NCBI GenBank assembly: GCA_963662285.2
Contig: CAXXMV010000008.1
Coordinates: forward strand, 1,056,001-1,120,000
DNA length: 64,000 bases
Reading direction: 5' to 3'
From: a bacterium
Lineage (GTDB): Bacteria; Hinthialibacterota; Hinthialibacteria; Hinthialibacterales; Hinthialibacteraceae
Positions within the stretch are counted from its first letter, which is position 1; every line of letters starts with the position of its first letter. The position numbers were made by a program, and so were the translations under genes. Under the pieces are notes generated by a model that was given only the letters and a program-made list of their open reading frames with translations, had not been told where the DNA came from and made no database searches. Of this stretch, positions 1-9,823 are shown in pieces.

Positions 1-258
1 TGCCTCTGATTGGAATTACCAGTCACATATTTTATCAAAATATATAACATGTTGAGAAGGCTTCTCAACATTAATGGCAGGAAATCGAGAATCATTTCAT
101 TACTCAAACATATGCATCTTGTAAATCATGCATTTGGCTTGCGGCGTCAATGTTTTTGTAAGGTTTTTAACATGGATGCCACACTATGGGGAGATATTTC
201 TTATGCGGTATTAATAGAGTTTTTCTGAATACCTATGTTAATCAATTATTGATTATAA

Positions 259-1209
259 TCATATATCTAAAAAGGTGGATAATTGGTCGAATTGAAATTG
301 TCGCTGAATCCAGTTAACAAACATTTGGCCATTACTGTCAGCTGAATTTTTATTATTATCATCCTGATTAATTAACAAGGCGCATGTTTTTATTAATTCA
401 TGCTGGAGATTTTTATCGCTGTTAACCAGTTCCACGTTATTTTTATCGTTCAAGAATGCATACCACTGGTCAATCGATGCAGAGGATGATGAACTATAGA
501 AGATGTGATTACCTATCTTTTTTTTATGATCCATTTTGTGAATCCATTTGGGGGTGATGTTGTATCTGCAATAGTGATTGGCGCCCTCCGTCGGATCTTG
601 CCCCAATTTAGAATACGCATTCCACGCCGCCTTAAAGCACTCTTTCCAGTAACGTACTTGGGGCTTAAACAGTTTTCGATAATTCGGATCGTTCTGATTA
701 AAGCATGAGAATTGATATGGTTTCAAGATAACTTCACGTAGCGTTTTTCCAAACCATTTCCTCTCTTTCAACCGATTCATCACAACATAGCCAATCGCCA
801 GTTTGCCCTCATACGATTCCGACCGCGACTCACCATAAATACACATGGTTAATAGGGTCAATTCGTTCTGGCGCCATAGAGTCTGATCTACTTCAGGTAA
901 ATGCTCTTCTACATTATTTGAGGTAAGAACCTGATCACTCTCAATTTCTTCCTCTGGAAGGAAACTAGAGGAAATTTTACCGATATTTTTAAGATTACGG
1001 TCTGATTTTTTATAAATATTTTCACCGGTTAAGAGGACTGAAGGATCGACGCCAAAGCCAATAGGTTCTATCTGATTATCAAATGCGATAACAGGCGATA
1101 GATTCGGCTCATAAGAGAAATTACCCACTGGAGTGATAATCGTCGAAGCGCATGCGGAGAAGAAAACCAATCCGATAATATACATATAAATAAACAGTTT
1201 CTGTTTCAT
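259..1209 (-). CDS. Cell wall hydrolase, SleB/CwlJ (Hydrolase_2) family, probable lipoprotein
   Basis: Motifs CIYGESRSE..GKLAIGYVVMNR, VILKPYQFSCFN, DPTEGANHY, IGNHIFY; N-terminal hydrophobic stretch ending FFSAC (lipobox-like). Confidence 0.85.
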   Translation of the reverse strand: MKQKLFIYMYIIGLVFFSACASTIITPVGNFSYEPNLSPVIAFDNQIEPIGFGVDPSVLLTGENIYKKSDRNLKNIGKISSSFLPEEEIESDQVLTSNNVEEHLPEVDQTLWRQNELTLLTMCIYGESRSESYEGKLAIGYVVMNRLKERKWFGKTLREVILKPYQFSCFNQNDPNYRKLFKPQVRYWKECFKAAWNAYSKLGQDPTEGANHYCRYNITPKWIHKMDHKKKIGNHIFYSSSSSASIDQWYAFLNDKNNVELVNSDKNLQHELIKTCALLINQDDNNKNSADSNGQMFVNWIQRQFQFDQLSTFLDI

Positions 1210-1589
1210 TTTAAATAATCAACTTTGTATTTTTTAATCTTATTTTAATCAGGTTAAAATAGAAATTAAAATAAAATGCAATTTAATTTAATTCAATTTT
1301 AGTAGTTTACATAAATATATGCGTATTGACGTAATATTGAGAATCGCACTAGTTTCTCATGAAGATAGTATCTTGTCAATAATCGATAAAGAAAATGATA
1401 CTTCGTATATAACGTAACCTGGTCATAGGCTAATACTTGATTGATCATTCAAGTTCAAGACGCCATACAAAATGTACAAGTTAAGGCCAGACTGAAATGC
1501 AGTAATCCGGCCCTATTGAATAGATAATCGCAGCATAATAACCGTATCCATTTGACAGCGCTTGTGAATTTCTGTTTTTCATTATTCCT

Positions 1590-4500
1590 TTACTTGGCAG
1601 CGGAAACAGTTCCTATTTGAACCAGTAGTTCATGCCAGAAATCCAGGAAGTTGATTGTCTTGTATGAATGGGGTAAGCGAATGCCAATCTTATTACCAAA
1701 AAATCTTTTAGATGGAGAGAGAAAGAACTGATCTTCTAATGATCCCATAAGGCGTAAATTAATACCCTCAAGGAGGACATTCAACCCGATTTGCGAATAG
1801 TAGAATTTGCTAACCTTATAACGCGCCAGATTCAAGTCGGATTGCCCGCTTAATTCTATGATTCTGAGTAATGTTTCCTGACTTATTATTCCCTCCTCAT
1901 CCGATACGCTTTGGATTTTGATGTCCAACTTTTCTGGTATAGGCAATTCGTCTGAACCAAAGGGAGGAAGAATTAATTGCGTATTGTTCATGGTTCCACT
2001 CAAGACGCCGGTTATCATTCCATATTGGTAATACGCCGCAAGTTGTTCGAGATCAAATTGTTGAATCTCTGCACTGAATCCTACTATCGTATTTCCGCCG
2101 AACGATTGACGCAAAAACAGATCTCTTACGATTAACTTTCCCCCAAATATATCTAATCCAATATCACCGATAATTTCTGAGCGATCTCCGGTATAAACAA
2201 CTCTTCGAATATTTCCCGATAGAGTTCCATTAGACGGTACGATAGGTAGTAATGCAGCTATTTTTGTTAACTCGAGTTTATCAAGAGAAATCAGACCTTC
2301 TAAAATGGGTGAAGATAGCCAATCTTTGACGTGCAAATCCTTGAATCCAATATTCCCACCAAATAAGGGAAGGGTAAAATCAGAAACTAAATGAAGAGAG
2401 TCTGTCATAATAGGGATGGAAAAGGAGACATTTTCATACTTGGTTCCATCCAAATCGACGAGTTTCGCTTCAAACAAAACGGTACGGTTTTCTAAGGTCG
2501 ATTCATTTATAGGAAAAACAACAGGAATTGTAAGAACCGCATCTTTTATCATTAAAGACAAGGCTTCGTTATACAATAAATTTTCTATACGCAGAACAAG
2601 ATTCCCGTCCAGGTTCCAGTTTTCATCCACTATGCTACAGCGAATCCGACAATCAGATTTCCCGTTAATTAACAGTGGAATTTTATATTCCTCTTCACTT
2701 GCCAGGAGATATTGCTCGATAATTGGGATAAAAAATCTTTCGATATCTAAATTAGAAGCATTAAGAACAAGTTCTGAAGCAATATCGCCATCAATAGTAA
2801 TCTCTCCACCACCGGGGAGATTAATTAATACATTGATTATCTGATTATTCTCAATTCCGGTTTGCATAACCAGCGTTTCGTTCTTCCATTCATAATCGTT
2901 TACGCCGAATGAGATATAAGGCGTCGCCATCTTGAGCGCTAAAGAACAATGTTGCGTTGAACCGTTTTGCCAGTTACCGTTGTAACCAAAATCACGTAAT
3001 TGCACTCCGAATGTCAAATCATCTGATAAAGAGTACAAGGTAAGATCAGAACAAGAGCCTTCAAAATTAACATGTTTAAAGTCACCCCATCCATGAAAAG
3101 TGATATCACCCATTCCTTCGATTTCATTTCCCCAATAAGGCAGAATCGACCGGACATGAGCCACACTATCTTCAAGAGGAATCACGCCTTCAATAGACCA
3201 TTTGTTATATGTATCAATCCAACCGGATATGGACTTAGTAATCTCAGTATCAGCTTTGAGAATATTAACTTTCCCCTTGCCGGTTTTCCTCGAATAAGCG
3301 CCTTCTAACTGTATTTCAGGCGTTAACATCAATTCTTGAGTACCATTTACCGGCATGGCGGCATGTATGACGCTATCCGCCTTAAATATATCGGCTTTAA
3401 TGGAGCCATTAATGGAAAAGTCCATACGGGCGTCATCAATCCGTATATTACCAAAACCTCCTTTTAGATTTGAAAGATTTAATTTTCCATCGTAATTCTC
3501 AATCTCATTTAAGTTCCCGGAAACATTGCCATTTGCAGATATCACGCCCGTAATAGAATCAAAACCTTCCAGCAAATCACCAGGTATAAAAGAAATAAAA
3601 TTATCTATAGATTTAGGATTGATTTTTCCAGAAGCATCCCATGCTAATGTTGCTGATTTCAGTGGATCATTAAATGTAACAGAATATTGGTCAAGAATCT
3701 CCATCGAGCCATTAATCAACAAAGGCAATGTGTTTTCAGTACTTGGATGATATGTAATGTCCATTGTCCCTGAAGGGACTGGGAAGGCGCCCCAAAAACC
3801 GTCATGATATTGACCGGAGGAGTGTACCAAGGAAAGAGTAGCTCCCCTTATATATTTTGCCTCATCAAAAGAAACTAAAGATTGAATGGCGGCGTCCTGC
3901 ATAAATGCTGATGAAGATTCGACTATATCAGCACTGATATTCCGTAACGACATCTGTGATTCGGCGAGTAATCCGTTTTGATCATCTACATGAATACTAG
4001 AAGTTCCATTCAAAACAAGGGACAAAGCAATGGGAGATGACAATGAAAGTGGAACATGATTCAGATTGATTGCCGCTTCTTTAAGATCGTATCTGATTAG
4101 ATCAATCGTAGCATGTGCTTGCGCCCGGTAATCATCCTTATGATTCCAGGGATACAAAGTAATCTCTGATTCAGCAAAATTACCTGTCGGTTCAATCCGT
4201 ATATTTCCATCATAAAGATAATCATTTTCAATCCAGGGAATTTCAAGGCTTGCATTTGAAAAGCGAATGGATTCGATAATGGACATACTTGATTGAATTG
4301 CATCGGATGCAATAACTGGCGACTGAGAGGCGGCTGGTATAATTGAAGAATCTGATATTGATAAGAGAGATAGAGGATATACGAGTAGTTGATCAAAAGA
4401 TATCTGCAACCGTTGTTGATTATCAGTTTCGCGCCAAAGCCCACTGAAATCTGATACAAAAGCGATCATGTCCGTCCCCGATAAAACCGATATACCAGAC

Positions 4501-4817
4501 GCAGAGAGGTTGGGATAAAGTCTCAATATGCGGGAAATGGTAGTTTTTTTAGCATTGATATGATAAGGAATGTCAGGTAATATATTGTGGATGGAAAGAT
4601 CGGATATCATAATATAATCGGGAACAAACCAACTTAATGATCGCCATTCTGCGTCAATGCCTGCGACCTCCCGTATTTTGTTTTGTAGAAAAGCATGCGA
4701 TTTCGGATGATTGATCAGAAGGTAAAAGAGAATAAAACAAATCAAAAAAAGCCCAAATAGAATCAGAGTAATTCTAATAAGGATTTTTGATATTCTATTG
4801 AATCTGGTAATCTTCAT
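1590..4817 (-). CDS. Large AsmA-like/YdbH-type intermembrane lipid-transport protein
   Basis: 1075 aa, single N-terminal TM anchor, beta-rich body with LPLFGGNI / IFGGKL and DLEQL..GxLSG motifs reminiscent of YdbH-like C-termini. Confidence 0.55.
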   Translation of the reverse strand: MKITRFNRISKILIRITLILFGLFLICFILFYLLINHPKSHAFLQNKIREVAGIDAEWRSLSWFVPDYIMISDLSIHNILPDIPYHINAKKTTISRILRLYPNLSASGISVLSGTDMIAFVSDFSGLWRETDNQQRLQISFDQLLVYPLSLLSISDSSIIPAASQSPVIASDAIQSSMSIIESIRFSNASLEIPWIENDYLYDGNIRIEPTGNFAESEITLYPWNHKDDYRAQAHATIDLIRYDLKEAAINLNHVPLSLSSPIALSLVLNGTSSIHVDDQNGLLAESQMSLRNISADIVESSSAFMQDAAIQSLVSFDEAKYIRGATLSLVHSSGQYHDGFWGAFPVPSGTMDITYHPSTENTLPLLINGSMEILDQYSVTFNDPLKSATLAWDASGKINPKSIDNFISFIPGDLLEGFDSITGVISANGNVSGNLNEIENYDGKLNLSNLKGGFGNIRIDDARMDFSINGSIKADIFKADSVIHAAMPVNGTQELMLTPEIQLEGAYSRKTGKGKVNILKADTEITKSISGWIDTYNKWSIEGVIPLEDSVAHVRSILPYWGNEIEGMGDITFHGWGDFKHVNFEGSCSDLTLYSLSDDLTFGVQLRDFGYNGNWQNGSTQHCSLALKMATPYISFGVNDYEWKNETLVMQTGIENNQIINVLINLPGGGEITIDGDIASELVLNASNLDIERFFIPIIEQYLLASEEEYKIPLLINGKSDCRIRCSIVDENWNLDGNLVLRIENLLYNEALSLMIKDAVLTIPVVFPINESTLENRTVLFEAKLVDLDGTKYENVSFSIPIMTDSLHLVSDFTLPLFGGNIGFKDLHVKDWLSSPILEGLISLDKLELTKIAALLPIVPSNGTLSGNIRRVVYTGDRSEIIGDIGLDIFGGKLIVRDLFLRQSFGGNTIVGFSAEIQQFDLEQLAAYYQYGMITGVLSGTMNNTQLILPPFGSDELPIPEKLDIKIQSVSDEEGIISQETLLRIIELSGQSDLNLARYKVSKFYYSQIGLNVLLEGINLRLMGSLEDQFFLSPSKRFFGNKIGIRLPHSYKTINFLDFWHELLVQIGTVSAAK

Positions 4818-5119
4818 TGAAATATATCATCATTTTCTCGATAAAAATATTGAACAATATATCTAATAACATATTTCCTAAGATAATTTAAGTTGATAAA
4901 TATCTTATTGAGCACTTTTATTAATACTCACTCTTCTATCATTACTCTCTGCGGTTATTCAAAAGACGTTATGAAAAGAAATCGAACGATGGGGGGAAGA
5001 GGATACAGATACAAGGATTTTACCGGGATTCAGAATAGTCGTGAACGAATAAGCAATACAATTCTGGCACGTTTTGACACAGTGTACATGTAAACTAATT
5101 TCTGCCATTGCTCCAAGAC

Positions 5120-5147
5120 AAAAAAAAACCCTGATTTCTCAGGGGTT
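5120..5147 (-). terminator. Rho-independent terminator after tRNA-Pro
   Basis: Hairpin aaccctga-tttc-tcaggggtt with an A9 tract on + (U tract on -). Confidence 0.7.
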
Positions 5148-5156
5148 AAATTTTAA

Positions 5157-5230
5157 TCGGGGCGAATGGATTCGAACCATCGACCTTCTACTCCCGAAGC
5201 AGACACGCTACCAGGCTGCGCTACGCCCCG
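5157..5230 (-). tRNA. tRNA-Pro (anticodon CGG), CCA not encoded
   Basis: Reverse complement CGGGGCG-TA-GCGC-AGCCTGGTA-GCGT-G-TCTGC-TTCGGGA-GTAGA-AGGTC-GATGG-TTCGAAT-CCATT-CGCCCCG-A folds into a full cloverleaf. Confidence 0.97.
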
Positions 5231-5585
5231 AATATATTTATTATTTCTTATAGCGGATAATCCTAATTTCAAACCGTATTTTCATCAAGAGGCTTGAGGA
5301 CTATTAAACATATCCTTCAGACATTTTATCAGAGAATTGATGGTTATTAGAGAGATTCGCAGAGTTATATCCGTTCACAATTGCCTTTGGCCATGATAAA
5401 ACGCAATATTAAAGATTATTTGATCCAATTATTATTCAGATTAATCAAGTTTTAATGTACTATCTTGTTACAAATACTTATTGCCCTGTCGAGTAATGCC
5501 TTTTAAGAATATTATTCTTAAACGTTTTATTACTATTTACTGGAATCTCTTAAATAAATTAGCTCATATTATTGGTGGTTAAATC

Positions 5586-6782
5586 ATGGCCCAGAAGAAA
5601 CAGAAGCACAAAATCGATGTGGATGAAGTTCTTAGAACTCTACATATAAAAAATGAGAAATTTGCATCTTTATTAGATGATGAATTAATGGAACTGATGA
5701 CCGCTGATGCAGAGGTTAAAGAATATTTAACCGGAGAACCGCTGGTAAAACAACACGAGCCATCGGACGCTCTTTTTATTCTGCTTAAAGGGCGTTGCGC
5801 CATTATCGTCAACGATAAACCGATCAGCCATCTGGTAGCGGGCGACATGGTTGGCGAGATGGGGTTGCTGCAAAACACGCCCCGCACCGCCACCGTCACC
5901 CCGGTTGAACCTTCCAGCGCCATGCGCATCCCCAAAGACGCTTTCATAAAAATGACCAAGAATCCTCAGTTATCATCCTGGTTGATAGGCATGTTGACCG
6001 AACGCTTAAAGCGGAGTTCTCATAATACGGCTCACGCCTTAAAAGAGATGGAAGAGATCATGGAAGACCACATGGAACTGGGTCGCGTCCAACGCTCTCT
6101 GCTGCCCAAAGAGATGCCCCAGGATCCACGCTTCCGCATTCATGTGCTCTATGAGCCTTGCGCTTATGTGGGCGGCGACTATTACGACGCCATTATGGTC
6201 GACGATGATCATCTGGTTTTTATCGTGGCCGACGTGACCGGTCATGGAGCGCAAGCTTCTATCTCTATGGCCATCGTGCGTTCGTTCATCCACCAGGGCA
6301 ATCTGAGCAAATCACCCGGCGCCATACTAAAAAAGTTAAACCGGCATCTGTTTGAATATGGCCCGTCCCAACATTTCGTCACATCACAAGTGGCTATACT
6401 CAATCTCAAAAAAGGCCAACTGCATTACGCATACGCCGGTCACCCGCCTATAATGCACCTGCGCGATGGAGTCTGTAAAGCGCTCAAAGGATCGCGCTCT
6501 TTCTTTCTACGCTTTAAGTTAGACGCGGAATTCAAATCTTCTACGATTACGCTGAAACCCGGCGACAGGGTGGCGTTTTACACGGATGGTCCAATAGAAA
6601 TGTTTGACGCCGAAGGCACAATGTTTAATATTGAAGGTTTGCAAAAATTTATGGTCGACTCGAAGGATAAGCAGATTGCCAGCCTACCCGGTGAATTAGA
6701 AACTACCCTGCACCGTTTTAGAGAAGGCAGCCCGGTTGAAGATGACATGACCTTTATGGTGCTCGAAACGACTAAAGAGTGA
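5586..6782 (+). CDS. cNMP-binding domain + PP2C/SpoIIE (RsbU-like) phosphatase
   Basis: N-terminal VGEMGLL..TPRTATV cyclic-nucleotide pocket; C-terminal GGDYYD, VADVTGHG, YTDG, DDMT PP2C motifs. Confidence 0.9.
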   Translation: MAQKKQKHKIDVDEVLRTLHIKNEKFASLLDDELMELMTADAEVKEYLTGEPLVKQHEPSDALFILLKGRCAIIVNDKPISHLVAGDMVGEMGLLQNTPRTATVTPVEPSSAMRIPKDAFIKMTKNPQLSSWLIGMLTERLKRSSHNTAHALKEMEEIMEDHMELGRVQRSLLPKEMPQDPRFRIHVLYEPCAYVGGDYYDAIMVDDDHLVFIVADVTGHGAQASISMAIVRSFIHQGNLSKSPGAILKKLNRHLFEYGPSQHFVTSQVAILNLKKGQLHYAYAGHPPIMHLRDGVCKALKGSRSFFLRFKLDAEFKSSTITLKPGDRVAFYTDGPIEMFDAEGTMFNIEGLQKFMVDSKDKQIASLPGELETTLHRFREGSPVEDDMTFMVLETTKE

Positions 6783-8389
6783 AATCTATTTCATCTTTAC
6801 CCATAGTTCATTCAATCCCCCGATGGTGGAGGAGACCGGACTATGTCTACCCGTTATTGCTTTTATTAGTAATTATCGCTTACTACGGCGTATTGGCCGG
6901 ACCTCATTGGATCACCTACCGATTCACCACATGGGATTCCCTGCGCGACGCCATAAATTCCCGTCACCTTCTAGAGGGAGGCGGCCTGTTATCCGATCCT
7001 GTATTGAGTGGATATTATAGTTGGTATCCACCAACCCATGCAGCATTAATGGCGGGTTACTCCAGCCTGTTTAACGCCGACCTGATTAAGGTTTACGCCG
7101 TATTTACCGCAACATTCAATTGGAGCGCCATACTGGCTTTCTATTTTCTCAGTTACCGTTTAACCAATCGTAATCCGCATGCCTCATTTGCTGCTACGCT
7201 CACTTTATGCGCTTTACCCTGGTATGTCACTTACGTCATGGCGTCCCCGACCGTGATGGCTCATGGCAGCGCTTTGTCGCTAATACTATTAGCCGCATTC
7301 GTTTTTCATGCTGATTCATTATCGTGGAAGACGATTTGCATTTTCGCATTATGCTGCGGGATTATGGGATTATTTCATCCCCCGACTTTTCTGATTATTC
7401 TGAGCGCCTTCTCTTTATTCTGGTTTATCCGCATCCGGCACAGTTTCTTTGCTTGGGAGACCATTCTGCAAGCGGCGCTCTTCACATCCATTGCATTAGC
7501 CGCAGCCTCGCCCTATTGGCTGAGCCAGATTCTTCAACCAGTTCGCAATCCAGACCCTATTGGTTATATCGCCCCGGCGCTTTATCATCTCGAATTCATC
7601 CTGCCCGGCAAAAGTCAGCTTCGCTGCATCCCGATTATGGTTCTGGCATTGGCTGGTTTGATTCTTACCCTGAAACGAAGACATCAACCAGTCTATGAAT
7701 TTTTATTAGCCATATTAGGAATATCAATCCTCGGACAAATCCCGCCCTATCTTCTTAAGTATCTGCAAAACACCAATACTGAATCGTATAACTCCATGCT
7801 GGAAAAACTCCCAGTCTTAGTCCCGCATGAATTTCAACTTTACGCCCAACTGACAGTAGCTCTATTCGCAGGACTTGGATTATCCTGGTTCCTTGGTTTG
7901 AAAATCTCACTAAAAATTCGCTCTATTATTTGCAGCATTTTAATCATTGCTTTATCCGCCAGCCTCTTCTTATGCATCACAGAAATCCCCCAACACAGCA
8001 AACTCTTTCTGTGGCCCTACCGGGAAAAAGGCGAATGGGATGGAGTCACGCAATTCATCCGTCAAAACACTGATGTTGATGACGTCATTTGCGCTCCTGA
8101 CGACCACTCCAGTTTCTTCGTCATAGGAGTGCGAACCGGACGCAAGACGCTTCACTCTTACCCTTCGCATTGCAATCCACGGGCTGATATGGAATCACGG
8201 CGCCAAGCGCGGGATGATATCTATTACACCGCAGAGAAAGACTCTATTCGTCAATACGCCCTAACATACAATATCCGTTATCTACTAGTCAGTCGAAAAC
8301 TAGTCGATCCCAACCGAATAAAACTCTTTCAGAAATGGTTTAAAGTATTGTATGATGATGACATCGTTGCTTTGATGGAGTTGATATAA
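6779..8389 (+). CDS. Polytopic membrane protein, GT-C-fold glycosyltransferase-like
   Basis: About 11 hydrophobic segments; loop SDP..WYPP; C-terminal FIRQNT..DDVI, TGRK, YNIRYLLV typical of GT-C periplasmic domains; GTG start overlaps the upstream stop. Confidence 0.55.
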   Translation: MKSISSLPIVHSIPRWWRRPDYVYPLLLLLVIIAYYGVLAGPHWITYRFTTWDSLRDAINSRHLLEGGGLLSDPVLSGYYSWYPPTHAALMAGYSSLFNADLIKVYAVFTATFNWSAILAFYFLSYRLTNRNPHASFAATLTLCALPWYVTYVMASPTVMAHGSALSLILLAAFVFHADSLSWKTICIFALCCGIMGLFHPPTFLIILSAFSLFWFIRIRHSFFAWETILQAALFTSIALAAASPYWLSQILQPVRNPDPIGYIAPALYHLEFILPGKSQLRCIPIMVLALAGLILTLKRRHQPVYEFLLAILGISILGQIPPYLLKYLQNTNTESYNSMLEKLPVLVPHEFQLYAQLTVALFAGLGLSWFLGLKISLKIRSIICSILIIALSASLFLCITEIPQHSKLFLWPYREKGEWDGVTQFIRQNTDVDDVICAPDDHSSFFVIGVRTGRKTLHSYPSHCNPRADMESRRQARDDIYYTAEKDSIRQYALTYNIRYLLVSRKLVDPNRIKLFQKWFKVLYDDDIVALMELI

Positions 8390-8433
8390 AAATAACGCTT
8401 TATGACACAGTGATTTATCCGGGATCGACTATT

Positions 8434-9747
8434 ATGAAAAAAATTTTAACCTGCATACTATTTTTCACCACTATCCATATCCAAGCCGCCAATCGATATG
8501 ACAATCTGGGCGGATTAATGAGTGTGTCATCTGAACCGCGCAGTTTCTTTTATATTGAGCAGATCAATGACGTCTGGTGGTTTATAGATCCCGGCGGCAA
8601 AGCCTTTATCTCCAAGGGCGTAAACCATATTTCTTACACTGCTGATTTCTCTCCAGCGCTGAAATACAGCCCCTACGCTAAAACCACTCAAGAGAAATAT
8701 GGAACCCAAAAAGAATGGGCTACAGAAACGGCGCAACGTTTACGCGCATGGGGATTCAATACTATCGGCGCATGGTCCAACGAGATCATGCGCAACCAAC
8801 AGATTCCCTACACCGTGATTCTGAACATCGCCTCACGCGCTGGAGGAGATTGGGAAAAGGGCGTATTCCCGGATGTCTATTCTTCAAAATTCCGGCAAGC
8901 CGCCCGCCATTTAGCCCAAACCCAATGCCAGAAACGACGGGATGATATCTACCTTCTCGGTTATTTCACCGATAACGAACTGCGTTGGGGACCCGATTGG
9001 CGCTCTCAGGAATCGCTATTGATTTCCTATCTCAAATTCAAACCCAAAACGGACGGAAATGAGAAAGCTATTGAATTCCTCAATGAACGCTATCCCGATA
9101 TCAAAGCCTTTAATCAAGCTTGGGGTATTGATGTCGAATCCTATGATCAAGTCACCCAATTGAAAGAAATCCCCAAAAGTCAGAAACGCCAAGATGATGA
9201 AGACGCCTTTCAAGAGCAAATCGCCCGGCAATACTTTATTATTTGCCGGGACGCTATCAAGAAATACGATCCCAATCACCTGATCCTGGGCTGCCGCTTT
9301 GCTGGATACGCTCCCAAACCAGTTCTGCTGGGTATGAAGGATTCAGTTGACGCAATATCATATAATTCATATAGTTATAGACCACCGGATAATCTGCTTA
9401 AGCGAATTTACGATATTACCGGAAAACCGATTCTAATCGGAGAATTCTCTTTTAAAGCGATGGATTCGGGTTTACCCAACACCAAGGGCGCGGGTAAAGC
9501 AGTAAAAACCCAAAAAGACCGCGCCGCAGGATTCACGGGATACGTCAGCGACCTGATGAAATTGCCGTATATGATAGGTTATCACTGGTTCGAATATACC
9601 GACGAACCGGCTGAAGGACGCTTCGATGGAGAAAACAGCAACTACGGCGTGGTTAATATCAAAGATGAACCTTGGGAAATTCTAACTGAAGAGATGACCC
9701 GTACTAATAATACTATTGAAAATATTCATCTTAAAAACGACCAATAA
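8434..9747 (+). CDS. Secreted clan GH-A glycoside hydrolase (beta-agarase/GH50-like)
   Basis: Signal peptide; WWFIDPGG, WGFNTIGAWS, GYFTDNELRWG (acid/base), DPNHLILGCRF, IGEF (nucleophile), GYHWF, DGENSNYG; ATG 8434 preferred to GTG 8410. Confidence 0.8.
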   Translation: MKKILTCILFFTTIHIQAANRYDNLGGLMSVSSEPRSFFYIEQINDVWWFIDPGGKAFISKGVNHISYTADFSPALKYSPYAKTTQEKYGTQKEWATETAQRLRAWGFNTIGAWSNEIMRNQQIPYTVILNIASRAGGDWEKGVFPDVYSSKFRQAARHLAQTQCQKRRDDIYLLGYFTDNELRWGPDWRSQESLLISYLKFKPKTDGNEKAIEFLNERYPDIKAFNQAWGIDVESYDQVTQLKEIPKSQKRQDDEDAFQEQIARQYFIICRDAIKKYDPNHLILGCRFAGYAPKPVLLGMKDSVDAISYNSYSYRPPDNLLKRIYDITGKPILIGEFSFKAMDSGLPNTKGAGKAVKTQKDRAAGFTGYVSDLMKLPYMIGYHWFEYTDEPAEGRFDGENSNYGVVNIKDEPWEILTEEMTRTNNTIENIHLKNDQ

Positions 9748-9823
9748 CCTGATGCCCGACTGACTACCAGTTATCTTGTTTGACGGAATGCCTTTTTTTA
9801 TATGATTCGAGAGGGAGAATTAC

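Noticed and set aside
1-5156. AT-rich region downstream of tRNA-Pro as an integrated island
   Set aside because: No integrase or duplicated tRNA 3' end is visible, and the genes look like envelope housekeeping genes.
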